Assembly: GCA_051313645.2 (NCBI GenBank)
Contig: JBNRSN020000005.1
Coordinates: forward strand, 325,314,001-325,378,000
Direction of reading: 5' to 3'
Length of the DNA: 64,000 bases
Source: Centroscyllium fabricii
Taxonomy: Eukaryota
Positions 51,080 to 63,107 of the stretch are shown one piece after another. Each line of letters opens with the position of its first letter. Positions within the stretch are counted from its first letter, which is position 1. Made by a program: the position numbers and the translations under genes. The notes below the pieces were generated by a model. That model had not been told where the DNA came from. It worked only from the letters and a program-made list of their open reading frames with translations, and ran no database searches.

Positions 51080-51350
51080 GGGGAATTTTAAATATTTCCC
51101 CCCCCGCCCACCCCACATGGACACTGGCGGTGCACTTTGAACAGAACCTACTGTGATACGCTTTGAATAAAAGCACGTTTCTGAACCTCACACTGTCTTT
51201 TCACATGCTGAAAGTGAACCTATGAACATGCAAGGACCTAATTTTCTGTTTTGTTTGCATTCAAAGCAAACACATCCAAATAACTAGCAACATTGTGATG
51301 AAAGTGTCGCTCAAATTCCAAGAGCGATAGGCTGAAGTGACATCTCTCAC

Positions 51351-51509
51351 CTTTTGGTCTTGGCCGTAGGCCAGAATCCAATCCTCTTCTTGCGGATGGA
51401 AGAGCATACTTTGAATCTGAAAGCTTTGGCGGTACTTTTGATAGGTCGCGCCTTCATCCGAGCTGATCAGTACACTGCTCTCAATCTCGGGGTCACTCAC
51501 GAGCATTAT
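51351..51509 (-). CDS. SORCS1: Internal coding exon (159 bp, phase 0/0) of a SORCS1/SORCS3-like Vps10p-domain receptor
   Basis: Translates IMLVSDPEIESSVLISSDEGATYQKYRQSFQIQSMLFHPQEEDWILAYGQDQK, with a BNR/Asp-box motif (SSDEGATY). Pyrimidine-rich acceptor ttttctcttttctcctgccttgaacag and donor AAG|gtgaga. By recall, the PEIE/WIL/QDQK residues favour SORCS1 over SORCS3; the paralog call needs phylogeny or synteny. Confidence 0.9.
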
Positions 51510-52194
51510 CTGTTCAAGGCAGGAGAAAAGAGAAAACAAATCTGAGGAAAAGCTTAAAGCTACACAGACAGACAGACAGACAGAGGTACAAAAAAGAAAA
51601 CGAGTTTGCTTAATTTGTGTATTCCCCGATGGGAGGCTGGGGGGGCGGTGGGTAATGAATAGCTGCACAGCAAATTGGTTGCATTGCTTGAATTGTAATT
51701 AAAATGTCAGCGTAGAATGGCTTCTTTTGAAAGTAGCGCTGGTTGGAATGACCCCAAAGTGCCCTTACCACACATCTGCAGTCTGCTGTATATTAATGCT
51801 GACCTTCTTCACAGTGCCATGTGTAAAGTTCTGCTTTGACAAACATTAATGCTTTTAACTGCTGCTCGTTTCCAGCTGGTGCTGGGAAAGTCATCATGTG
51901 ATTATTTTATGATCATTCCAAAAAAAAGTCACCCACAAAACAACGACAAAATGGTGGACTGTGATTAATCCCAACCTTTTCTCCGGGACTGTAACGTTGT
52001 TTTGTTCCCTGTGGAAAGACTTCCTTGCAAAACATATCGAGATACGGAAACGACAGGCAGGAAAAGACCAGCTGGCCCATCAAGCCTACCCCACACCATG
52101 ACGGCTGGAGCATCGTGACCAGTCACCTCCTACCCGCCCCTCCCGTAGTCGTGGAATCTCCTGGGAGAGGCAAAAAAAAAAAACAGGGCCAATA

Positions 52195-52682
52195 GGGGGA
52201 GGCAGTGGCGTAGTGGTTATGTCACTAGACTAGTAATCCAGAGGCTCAGTCAAATGCTCTGAGGATATGGGTTCAAATCCCACCACGGCAGCTGGTGGAA
52301 TTTAAATTCAATTCCATTCAATTCTGGAATTAAATGTTAGTCTTAGTAATGGCGACCATGATACCATTGTGGATTGTTGCAAAAACCCATCTGGTTCACT
52401 AATGTCCTTTAGGGAAGGAAATCTGCCGTCCTTACCTGGTCTGGCCTACATGTGACTCCAGACCCACAGCAATGTGGTTGACTCTTAATGCCCTCTGAAA
52501 TGGCCTAAGCAAGCCACTCAGTTGTAAAAAACCGCTACGCAACATTGTGGGTGTACCTACACCATATGGACTGCAGCGGTTCAAGAAGGCGACTCACCAC
52601 CATCTTCTCAAGGGCAATTAGGGATGGGCACTAAATGCAGGCCTGCCAGCCAGCGACGCCCACATCCCATCAATGAATAAAT
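52195..52682 (+). mobile_element. tRNA-derived SINE (family B), full length
   Basis: Box A (AGTGGCGTAGTGG), box B (GGTTCAAATCC) and LINE-B tail. Confidence 0.87.
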
Positions 52683-53155
52683 AGAGGAAAACAAATCTGC
52701 AAAATTGCTCCTCACCCCCCCTCAGGCGATTGAGGTTCAAAGAAGTTTATGATGATACAAGTGTACTTCCATGGATCTATTCTTCATTATTATTATTTTG
52801 GATTGCCTTACATGAGATTTAATAATAAACATAAGACTAGAAGTTACTGTTGATATTAGTGAGAAAATGCTGAATGGTTTGGCTTATTCCTGGAGATTTG
52901 ATCATGTGACATTTGATCACATGGCAGTCGATCAAGTGACACCATTGTTATGATGTTTAATCACATGACATTTGAACATGTGACATTTGCCCAAAATACA
53001 TAGCAACTTCTAAAAATAATGAATAAAACCAAAACCAAAGGTCATTGAATTCACTGATTCCCACATTGCAGCATTGAACACCAGCTTCAGGGAGGTGAGG
53101 CTCAGTCCTCAGGGTGAAGCACCAAAGCTGTCTGACTCCCATAAAAAAACACATT

Positions 53156-53935
53156 GGGCCAGAAATTCCAGTTTGCCCATATCGCGTTTGAGCTCTGGTG
53201 CGAGCGCACCAGAGCTTAATCGTGCAGGAAGCAGCCGTTTGCGCTGCTTCAGGTTTTCCTGTGCCGGCCAGCGGGGGGGGGGGGGGGGGTGCGGGTAGAG
53301 TTCCTGCGAGGGCTAGCGCAGGAACCATCGAACTACGGGGTGTGTCCAGTCATTCCGTTTAAAAAAAAAAACTTTATCTACGGACCAAGACCAGGAGATT
53401 GTACGCTGGAAAAAAGGAGTCGTAAGTAGCCATTTTTATCTGTTAAGTGTGTATTTTATTGATTCTAATTGTTGTTTTTTCAGTTTTTTAATTGTTGATA
53501 ACTTTAAAGACAGGTAAGTAATTTTTAGACCTGTTAGAAGTTGAAAAACATTTCTGTAAATTTTTATTTTTTCTTTAAAATAGGTTATTTGTGTTAGTTG
53601 GGGTAATGTTAAAAAAATGTGGTGTTTTTAAAATTTTATTTTTGAGTTTAGATGTCTTTTGGGTAATCTCTCCTTTCAAAACTTGCACAGATTTCTCAGT
53701 GGAAGTTTTGAACAGAGGATTGCTTCCACTGATTGGCTCCCTGCCAATCACATGGTCTCAAAAGCCATCTCGCACTAATTACGCCCTTCAGATGTCCATG
53801 AAGCTCGCACAGAGCTCTGACAAGCTGGGCTAACTGGAATTACTGAGTGCAAAAAAGCAAAACGGATTATGGGCAGTGCAAGTGCAACTAGCAGGTACTG
53901 CACCCGCACGAAAGCTCCACTGCAATTTCTGGGCC
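53156..53935. mobile_element. Harbinger-like non-autonomous element
   Basis: GGGCCAGAAATT...AATTTCTGGGCC. AT-rich interior homologous to 46707-47474. Confidence 0.75.
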
Positions 53936-53954
53936 AATATACAGCAGTGCACAT

Positions 53955-54478
53955 CACAGGCTGACAGGAACTCTCCCCCCATACACAGGCTGACAGGAAC
54001 TCCCCTCCATACACAGGCTGACAGGAACTCCCCTCCATACACAGGCTGACAGGAACTCCCCTCCATACACAGGCTGACAGGAACTCCCCTCCATACACAG
54101 GCTGACAGGAACTCTCCCCCCATACACAGGCTGACAGGAACTCCCCTCCATACACAGGCTGACAGGAACTCTCCCCCCATACACAGGCTGACAGGAACTC
54201 TCCCCCCATACACAGGCTGACAGGAACTCTCCCCCCATACACAGGCTGACAGGAACTCTCCCCCCATACGCAGGCTGACAGGAACTCTCCCCCCATACAC
54301 AGGCTGACAGGAACTCTCCCCCCATACACAGGCTGACAGGAACTCCCCTCCATACACAGGCTGACAGGAACTCTCCCCCCATATACAGACTGACAGGAAC
54401 TCTCCCCCCATACACAGGCTGACAGGAACTCCCCCCCCCCCCCCCCCCATATACAGGCTGACAGGAACTCTCCCTCCA
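53955..54478. repeat. Minisatellite, about 18 copies of a 28/29-bp unit
   Basis: CACAGGCTGACAGGAACTC(TCCCC/CCCT)CCATA in tandem. Confidence 0.95.
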
Positions 54479-54540
54479 TTCTCTCTTTCTTCCTCTCTCT
54501 TCCACTTTGTGTTTCTCTCTCTCCCTCTCTCTCCCACTTT

Positions 54541-55331
54541 GGGGGGATTTTCATGTCCCCGTGAGGCGGGGTTTTCGGCGGCCCGGACGGCAAAATAGCG
54601 CAACCGGCAGGTCCCACCCCCCCGCCGTATCCCCGCCGCTTTCTCATTTTCCCCCACCTATATTGCCCGACCCAAAACCTTCCCACCGCCGGCCAGCGGG
54701 GATGGGTTATCACCTCATTAAGGGCCCTTAATTGGCATCTTTAATGGCATTTTAAGGGCCCTCAGCCATTTTGCCCTGTTTCCCTCCCTAACCCCACCAC
54801 CCTAAACCCCGCTGGGTGAAACGCAGTGGGAGCACAGCGCTGGTTATTACTTTCTCCTTCAAGGTGTGAAGGACTTGCTGCCAAATGCTTGCATGCCTCC
54901 AGCACCTTAGAGGAGTAAGTAACTCCGCTGTGGCTGCAGCAGCTGTGAGCAGAAACTGAGAAATCTCAGTTCTGAACATTTCCTCACAACCACTGCGAGC
55001 TGTCAAGAATTCTGAGTCCGCCTGCCCACCTGTCAGTCACCAGCACTTGACCGTTCCCATTGGTTCCACTCCACTGTGATGTCACAGTGGAGTGTTTCCA
55101 TGAGAACTGTCAACAACCAGTGCTGGAACTGTCAATCAAACTCCTTGCAGCCCCGATGCAGCCCGACTCGATTGACCTAATTACCTCCCGCTGCCGCCGG
55201 CGTGGATTTAACAACCTAATTAAATTAAAATTGCATGGCCTTCCCAGCTGTTTGGGTGGGCGGGGCCGGAGGCAGCCCAGACCAATCCCCGCCAGGTTCC
55301 CGCCCTTCCGGCGAAATCCCCCGCCCCCCCC
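54541..55331. mobile_element. Harbinger-like non-autonomous element
   Basis: GGGGGGATTTTC...GAAATCCCCC ends, inserted into a CT-rich repeat. Confidence 0.68.
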
Positions 55332-55343
55332 TTGTGTTTCTCT

Positions 55344-58300
55344 TGTTGTGTTTTGAGTTTGCTTTAATTAAGTTTGTCCCAGTGCCTGGGTGTTACCTGA
55401 AGGGAGGGGCCTAGGGGGCCCCGTTTGACTTTGAGTTCTCCATGTGCTGTAATGTCCACCAACTTACTCAGTAAATAGTTAAAAGTACATTTCGTCTCCT
55501 CTACTCATTACTGTTCGGTCAAGATGCAATACTAGCGACGAGGCGGCTGTTGTACTCTCTAAAAAGACGGAGATAAACATGCAAACCTACAGCCGTGATA
55601 TTGAAATGGCGACGCGTGGGCCACTCAGCTCGCAACATCAATAGTATTTTGACAGTTGGCTAGCTGCGACGTAGACGGCAGACAGAGTATTGTGCGGGCC
55701 AGGCAACTACCGTGAGTGTAGTTAATGTAACTCTGGCCGGAGGAGAAAAAGAAAAGAGAAAAGTAAAAAAGTCCGTGGATTTTAAAGGGACAGTGCACAT
55801 TAAAACTATGACTCCCTTGGAACGTATTGAAGAGTTCTCTGGGGATAAGGACAGCTCATGGGAGGAATACGCAGAGAGACTGGGGTGTTTCTTTGAGACC
55901 AATAATATTGACAAAGAAGAGAAGAAGCGCTTAGTGTTGCTAATCGTATGCGGAGCTGCTACTTACTCCGTCCTGCGTTCATTGGTGGCTTCTCATAAAC
56001 CGAGTGAGGTGGATTATGCTGATTTGATTGAGGAGCTGCAGAAACATTTTAACCCAAAACCCTCAGAGATTGTGCAGCGTTTCCATTTTCACAATTGTAA
56101 ACAACAGCCTGGACAATCTATTTCAAGTTACATTGCGGAGTTGAGGAAACGCTCATTACATTGTAATTTTGGTGACCATTTAGACAAGATGCTCCGTGAT
56201 CGGATTGTGTGTGGAGTGCTGGACTCGGCATTGCAGAGACAGCTGTTAGCGGCGAAGGCCCCGACATTCCGACTGGCTGAGGAGAAGGCTTTAGCAGCAG
56301 AGGCTGCATCGATGAACACACGTATGCTCCATACAGAGGCAGCGCCATCTCAGGCCGCCGAGGAGGTGCACAAGACCACATACACAGCTGCTGCTGCGAG
56401 AGACATGGAGGCAACTAAAGAGACAGAAAAAATGTTTCCGCTGTGGGGCTCTCCATGGTCCCACTACATGCAAATTTGTGTCAGCGGTATGTCATTTCTG
56501 TAAGAAAAGAGGACACAAAGCTCGTGTCTGCATGAAGAAAGCTCAGGATGCTGCAGCAGAGCCAACACAAGCACCGCAGACACACACCCTGACACTGCAG
56601 GACAATGATGAGTACACAGTGTATACCACGGAAGCTGTGCAGCTACCCCACAGATGGTGGGGGTACACAGCAAATGTGATCATGAATGGGGCACCACTCT
56701 GCATGGAGGTGGATTCAGGCTCAGTGTGTTCGTTGATAAGTGAAGAGACTTACAATAGGCTGTGGTCGAGTGAACTCCCGACGATGGCTCAGGTCAGTGG
56801 CGTGCTACGGCAGTGGTCCCAAGCTCAACTCCAGGTGCTGGGTATGATTCATGCGGAAGTTAAGTATCAGGCAGTCAAGGACACACTTCCACTTTATGTG
56901 GTGGTGGGGCAGGGCACAAACCTGCTGGGCAGAGATTGGTTTGAGCCCCTCGGTATTGAAGTGACAGGAGTACACACAGTACAGTGACAGTCCATAATGC
57001 CTATGTTGGAGAACTATGAAGAGGTTTTTGGTGAGTTCGGGGCCTGTCGGGGACCGCCAGTCTCAATCAAAGTGGACCCAGGGGTAGCGCCTAAGTTCTT
57101 CAAGGCGCGACCAGTGCCTTTTGTGTTGCGCAACTAGGTGGGTGAGGCCCTGAATAAGCTGGTAAACCACGGTGTTCTCTTGCCAATGAAGAACTTCCGT
57201 TGGGCCACCCCATCATGCCCATTGCAAAGAAGGATGGGGGCCTGCGAATCTGTGGAGATTACAAATGTACGGTTAATACAGCTGTGTTACCAGATGTGTA
57301 TCCCTTACCAACAGTTACAGAGCTGTTTTCAACACTGGCTGGAGGCACCCTGTTCACCAAGCTGGATCTCAAGCAAGCATACCAGCAACTGGTCCTGGAT
57401 GAAGAGTCAGCCGAGCTGTTGACAATCAACACCCACAGAGGACTTTTCCGAGCCACAAGGCTGCAGTTTGGAGTGTCTACGGCTGTGACAATCTTTCAGA
57501 GGTTTATGGACACCCTGTTGGCTGGGGACCCGGGAGTTCAGCCTTACCTGGATGACATAATGATTACAGGCAAGACACAGGAAGCCCATGATGAGCGGCT
57601 GCAGGAAGTACTACAACGGCTGGCGGAGGTAGGACTACGCCTTCAGAAGGAGAAATGTGTGTTTGCTGTCAATGGGGTAGAGTTCTTGGGATTCCGAGTG
57701 GACAAAGACGGTGTGCATCCGACTACGGAGAAGGTTGAGGCTATCAGGAGCGCTCCCACCCCCAAGAACAAGACCGAACTGCAGGCATTCCTCGGACTGT
57801 TAAACTTCTACAGTTGTTTTCTCAAGGACAAAGCTGCAATCTTAGAGCCACTGCACAGGCTGTTAGACCAAGCAACAGTGTGGAACTGGACTTCAGCTCA
57901 TGAAACAGCCTACAGACAGGCAAAGGAACTGCTACAAGCAGATAAGGTTCTGGCACACGATGATGAAAACAAGCCATTGGTGTTGGTGTGTGATGCCTCA
58001 CCATATGGGCTGGGAGCTCTGTTGGGTCACATAGAGCCAGATGGCCGGGAAGCGCCTATCAGTTTTGCCTCAATAACACTCTCAACAACAGAACGTAATT
58101 ACGCCCAGATTGACAAGGAGGCCCTAGCCATCATATTTGGGGTAAAGATGTTCAGCCAGTACCTGTTAGGGAGACCGTTCATCATCTACACAGACCACAA
58201 GCCACTCTTGGGGCTCCTGTATCACTCCAAGCCCATGCCCCAGATCATATCACCACGTATGCTTCGGTGGAGTCTGATGTTGGGGGCCTACAGTTATGAA

Positions 58301-59997
58301 CTTTGCTACAGACCTGGGAAGATGCTGGCTAATGCTGATGCTCTGAGTCACTTGCCTTTGAACTGGCCGATGGCTGAGATGCCACCACCCCTGGAGGTGC
58401 TGCTACTGGAGGAAGTTACGGAGGTCCCACTCCATGCCCAGCGGATTGGCAGCCTCACACAGAAAGATCCAGTTTTGTCATGGGTGCTACGCTGGCTGCT
58501 GCATGGCTGGCCCTCCGAGGTCCAGGAGGAGCGTTTCAAGCCCTTCATTCAGAGGCGCCATGAAATGTCTGCACATAAGAACTGCGTGCTCTGGGGAAGC
58601 CGTGTGGTGGTTCCTGCCGCCGCAAGAGAGAAGGTGTTGAAAATGCTACATGACTCGCACCCTGGGATTGTGTACATGAAGGCATTGGCGAGAAGCTATG
58701 TCTGGTGGCCGGGGTTGGACTGAGACATGGAGTAGGTGGTAAAGAGCTGTGAGACATGTCAGCTGACTCGCCATAGCCCACCCAAGGCTCCCCTGGGAGT
58801 GGACCACTCGTAAATGGTCAAGAGTCCACATTGACTTTGCAGGGCCATTTCAGGGGAAGGTCTTTTTGATAGTGGTGGATTCTCATTCAAAATGGTTGGA
58901 GGTGGCTATCATGAGCTCCATGACATCCAGTGCAGTGATCAACACGTTGCGTCTGCTGTTTGCCACACATGGGGTCCCCGATGTGCTGGTTTCGGACAAT
59001 GGAGCAGCCTTCACGTCAGCAGAGTTCAAGGCTTTTGCAGGCAGAAACGGAATCCGCCATGTGACCACAGCGCCCTATCACCCCTCCTCTAACGGGCAGG
59101 CAGAGAGGATGGTGCAAACCACAAAAGAGGCACTGGTGAGGATATCGGTGGGGGACTGGAAAACCAGATTGGCCAGGTTCCTGTTATCACAGCATACCAC
59201 ACCAACCTTAGCAACGGGGAAGAGTCCTGCCGAGATACTGATGGGTCGCCGGCTGGTGACTGCACTGGACCGGCTACACCCAGACTACAGGGATGAGATG
59301 CACACAAAGCAAGAGGAGCTGGCTGAGAAGCACCAGGGCACCGCCAGGCAGTTCGAGCCTTCAGAGACTGTGTTTGCCCATTGCTATGCAGGAGGAGACA
59401 AATGGATTCCTGCCGTGGTGGAGCAGGCCACGGGTCCCCGGTCGTAGAGCGTTCTTACACCTGATGGCCAGCTACACAGACGCCACGTAGACCAGCTACA
59501 GGGTCGTACTCCGGTGAGAGTAATAGAGATGTCACAGGCTAGGCCATTGTCTCCACCACCTCTGCCAGGCAGTGACGGCCTGCTTCTTGCAACAACGACT
59601 GAAGCCACATCGACAGAAGGTGTCACAGAGTCATCAGCCATGGAGGAAGGTTTTCCTGCGGCTAGTAGTGGCACCCCGACTATGCCTGTCCAGCGGCGCT
59701 CAAGTCGGGTTAGATTCCATCCCAGACGCCTGGAGGACTAAAGGGTTCTATCTGGGGGAAAGGACTGTTGTGTTTTGAGTTTGCTTTAATTCAGTTTGTC
59801 CCAGTGCCTGGGTGTTACCTGAAGGGAGGGGCCTGGGGGGGGGGGGGGTGGCGGTGTCCTGTTTGACTTTAGTTTCACTTTCGTTTTGGGATTCTGCTTT
59901 GCAGACCATGTGCTGTAATGTCCACCAACTTACTCAGTAAATAATTGAAAGTACATTCCGTCTCCTCTACTCATTACTGTTTGGTCAAGATGCAATA
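55344..59997 (+). mobile_element. Full-length degenerate Gypsy retrotransposon, Mag-like
   Basis: LTRs 55344-55531 and 59766-59997, 5-bp TSD TCTCT, PBS-like TAGCGACGAGG (tRNA-Ser type, one mismatch) and PPT GGGGGAAAGGAC. Confidence 0.93.
55808..59741 (+). pseudogene. Mag-like gag-pol with frameshifts and stops
   Basis: Gag WEEYAERL...LRDRIVCG with tandem zinc knuckles, protease EVDSGS, RT YLDD, RNase H CDAS and integrase SDNG...SNGQAER. Confidence 0.9.
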
Positions 59998-60522
59998 TCT
60001 CTCTTCCTCTCTCTCCCTCTCCCACTTTGTGTTTCTCTCTCTCTCCCTCTCACTCCCACTTTGTGTTTCTCTCTCTCTCCCTCTCACTCCCACTTTGCGT
60101 TTCTCTCTCCCTCTCACTCCCACTTTGTGTTTCTCTCTCTCTTCCTCCCTGTTCCACTTTGTGTCTTTCTCTTCCTCCCTCTCCCAGTTATTTTCACAAC
60201 TGGCAATAAAGCAGTGTGTTTCCGAATAGCCAAGAGACCAGCAGGAACCAGACAGCGCAGTTTGGTTGCAAGCCAAGACAGCCAGGGTACTGCGCATGCG
60301 CAACCAAGGACCATTTCTCCCGAGTCGCCAGCAACAATGCTCAGGACACCAATCGGACATTCCGGTAGACTCCCGCCAAAAACAGGAGGGTTGGGAACCC
60401 TATTTAAGTGACATTGCACCATCCAGTCTTCAGTTAACTGAATGATGCCTCCATTAACGTCACAAAGAAGCGTCATTGAAGCACATTAAACATTTGCCTA
60501 GTGATAACAGTCATGTATAGCT

Positions 60523-60632
60523 GGAATAACAATAGAAAATGCTCGAAACACTCAGCAGGTCAGGCAGCATCGAGGAGAGAGAAACAGAATTAACGTTTTG
60601 GGTTGAGGACCCTTCGTCGGAACAAGACCCTT
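60523..60632 (-). mobile_element. 110-bp Penelope pLTR fragment
   Basis: 13-bp TSD GTCATGTATAGCT and a degenerate hammerhead at about 60589-60623. Confidence 0.78.
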
Positions 60633-60872
60633 GTCATGTATAGCTTATAGCCATTATTGGGGAATCATGGCATATGATAATATGCTGTTCTTGGGATATT
60701 ATATCTAAGCATTTGGATGTATTCAAGTTATTCTGATACCCAGAACCATATCTAGATAGCATCACTGGATTGCCAAAAAGATTATCACACCTACATTTCT
60801 TGTTATCAGTTCTCATGTATTCTCCATCTGGGTGGTTTGCTGGCCACCTCAGTAGGGATTGAGAGTCATATT

Positions 60873-61698
60873 GGGCCCTGTTTTCCTGTGCTCCAGAGGA
60901 GCTGCACACCCACGAAGGGGGGTTCAGAAATGCCTCGTGGGTGTGCAGCACGGGGGATGCCCACGAACGGGAATTTCCTGTGCTGATGGGCAAGGCCCTT
61001 CAGCTCCCAACGCAGGAAGACCTTGCACTGACGATTTCCTGTCAGAACGGGTGATTTTTAGAGAGTGATTCCGTGTGCAACTGGCTCACAAGCTGCCCAC
61101 GAAAAAAACAGTAGTAAGAGGGAGAAGATTCAGTTATTGAAGCAGGTAAGTTAATTTTTTTACTTTAATTTTTTACAGTTTTTGGGAGTAGTGTGGCCAG
61201 ATCGGTAGCGTTAAATTTTTAAGTTAAAGTTTTTAAAAAAAATTTACAAATCCGATTTTAAGTTAATTTACCTGTTTCAAATCGCTAATTTTTAAAGTTA
61301 CATTTCTGAAATTTTTAACTCTCCAGCTATAAAAAATCTAAGAGGAAAAAATGGCAGACTTACCTTCCGTTTCTTCCTCTGAGAAGCTGCTGTGCCCCCG
61401 CGCTGCTCCCCGCCAATCTGTCAGTGCAGATCTGTCACTTCCCTGCTCTCACAAAGGTCCGACTCGGGATCTGTTTATTTAAATTAGGGATCTGGGGGGC
61501 GTTTTTAATTTAAATTTGGGATCTGTGGGCGGGGCTTACACTGCGCACCTAGCGTGGCTGGACTGCCACGCAGCGCAGGAACGGGGAGGAACGGGGAGGA
61601 AATTGATGTTCACACTTCTGTGCAATGTTGGTGCGTGAGATTAGGAGTCCCCAGGGTCCTAGCGCACGCACTAACCGGCACACAGGAAAACAGGGCCC
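60873..61698. mobile_element. Harbinger-like non-autonomous element
   Basis: Perfect TIR GGGCCCTGTTTTCCTGTG and 3-bp TSD ATT. Confidence 0.88.
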
Positions 61699-62116
61699 AT
61701 TATCATTGTGGAATTTGCAACCATGACCTCGAGATTGCTGATCCAATACTATAACCACTATGCTACCATATTGTTGGGAGTGAATGTTCTTACTTATAAC
61801 TTATTCCCCAAGATAATAGGTTTCAAAAGCTTTTACCACCATTCATCGGAATTAAGCATACAATGACAACTACTGCTACCAATAACCACACACACACAAT
61901 GGTAGCTATTACCAATAATAATTACATATATACTGGAGACATTTACAGTAAAAAGACTGAAGACCATAAGAAATAGGAGTAGGAGTCGGCCATATGGCCG
62001 CCCGAGCCTGGAATTTAGTGTCCAATTGAAAAAAAATTAAGTATCTTTGGTTTAATATTGAGTTTTTACAATACCATTGCAAGTACTGATTTGGAGTTAC
62101 TTAGCTCACGACATCA

Positions 62117-63100
62117 GAACATAAGGACATAAGAATTAGGAGCAGGAGTCAGTCATACGGCCCCTCGAGCCTGCTCTGCCATACGGCCCCTCGAGCCTGC
62201 TCTGCCATACGGCCCCTCGAGCCTGCTCTGCCATACGGCCCCTCGAGCCTGCTCTGCCATACGGCCCCTCGAGCCTGCTCTGCCATACGGCCCCTCGAGC
62301 CTGCTCTGCCATACGGCCCCTCGAGCCTGCTCTGCCATACGGCCCCTCGAGCCTGCTCTGCCATACGGCCCCTCGAGCCTGCTCTGCCATACGGCCCCTC
62401 GAGCCTGCTCTGCCATACGGCCCCTCGAGCCTGCTCTGCCATACGGCCCCTCGAGCCTGCTCTGCCATACGGCCCCTCGAGCCTGCTCTGCCATACGGCC
62501 CCTCGAGCCTGCTCTGCCATACGGCCCCTCGAGCCTGCTCTGCCATATGGCCCCTCAAGCCTGCTCTGCCATTCAATAAGATCATGGCTGATTTTCTACC
62601 TCATTCCACTTTCCTGCCCGATCCCCATATCCCTTGATTCCCTTAGCGCCCAAAAATCTATCGATCTCAGTCTTGAATATACTCAACGACTGAGCATCCA
62701 TGGCTCTCTGGGGTAGAGAATTCCACAGATACATAACCCTCTGAGTGAAGAGATTTCTCCTCATCTTTGTCCAAAATGCCCGACCCCTTATCCTGAGACT
62801 GTGAACCCTGGTTCTGGACTCTCCAGCCAGGGGAAACAGCCTCTCAGCATCTATCCAGTCAAGCCCTCTACAAATGTTATACCTTTCAACGAGATCACCT
62901 CTCATTCTTCTAAACTCCGGAGAATATAGGCCCATTCTACTCAATCTCTCCTCACAGGACAACCCTCTAATCCCAGGAATTAATCTAGTGAATCTTTGTT
63001 GCACCCCCTCTGAGGCAAGTACATCCTTCCTGAGGTAAGAAGACTAAAACTGTGCACAGTACTCCAAGTGTGGTCTCACCAAAGCCCTGTACAATTGTAT
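62117..63100 (-). mobile_element. CR1 LINE 3' fragment
   Basis: QQRFTRLIPG...WNSLPQR followed by the 3' tail. Confidence 0.9.
62154..62571. repeat. About 16 copies of a 26-bp unit derived from the CR1 3' tail
   Basis: CATACGGCCCCTCGAGCCTGCTCTGC repeated almost perfectly. Confidence 0.95.
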
Positions 63101-63107
63101 AGAAAGA

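Noticed and set aside
53955-54478. CRISPR-like array or long repeat-protein ORFs (53775-54713)
   Set aside because: Head-to-tail repeats without unique spacers, no cas genes and a eukaryotic context. The ORFs are artefacts of the stop-free repeat.
60200-60402. hAT-like terminus GGAGGGTTGGGAACCCTA
   Set aside because: No matching left TIR or 8-bp TSD was found.
62136-62585. Three overlapping repetitive ORFs
   Set aside because: Translations of the 26-bp tandem repeat, which has no spacers.
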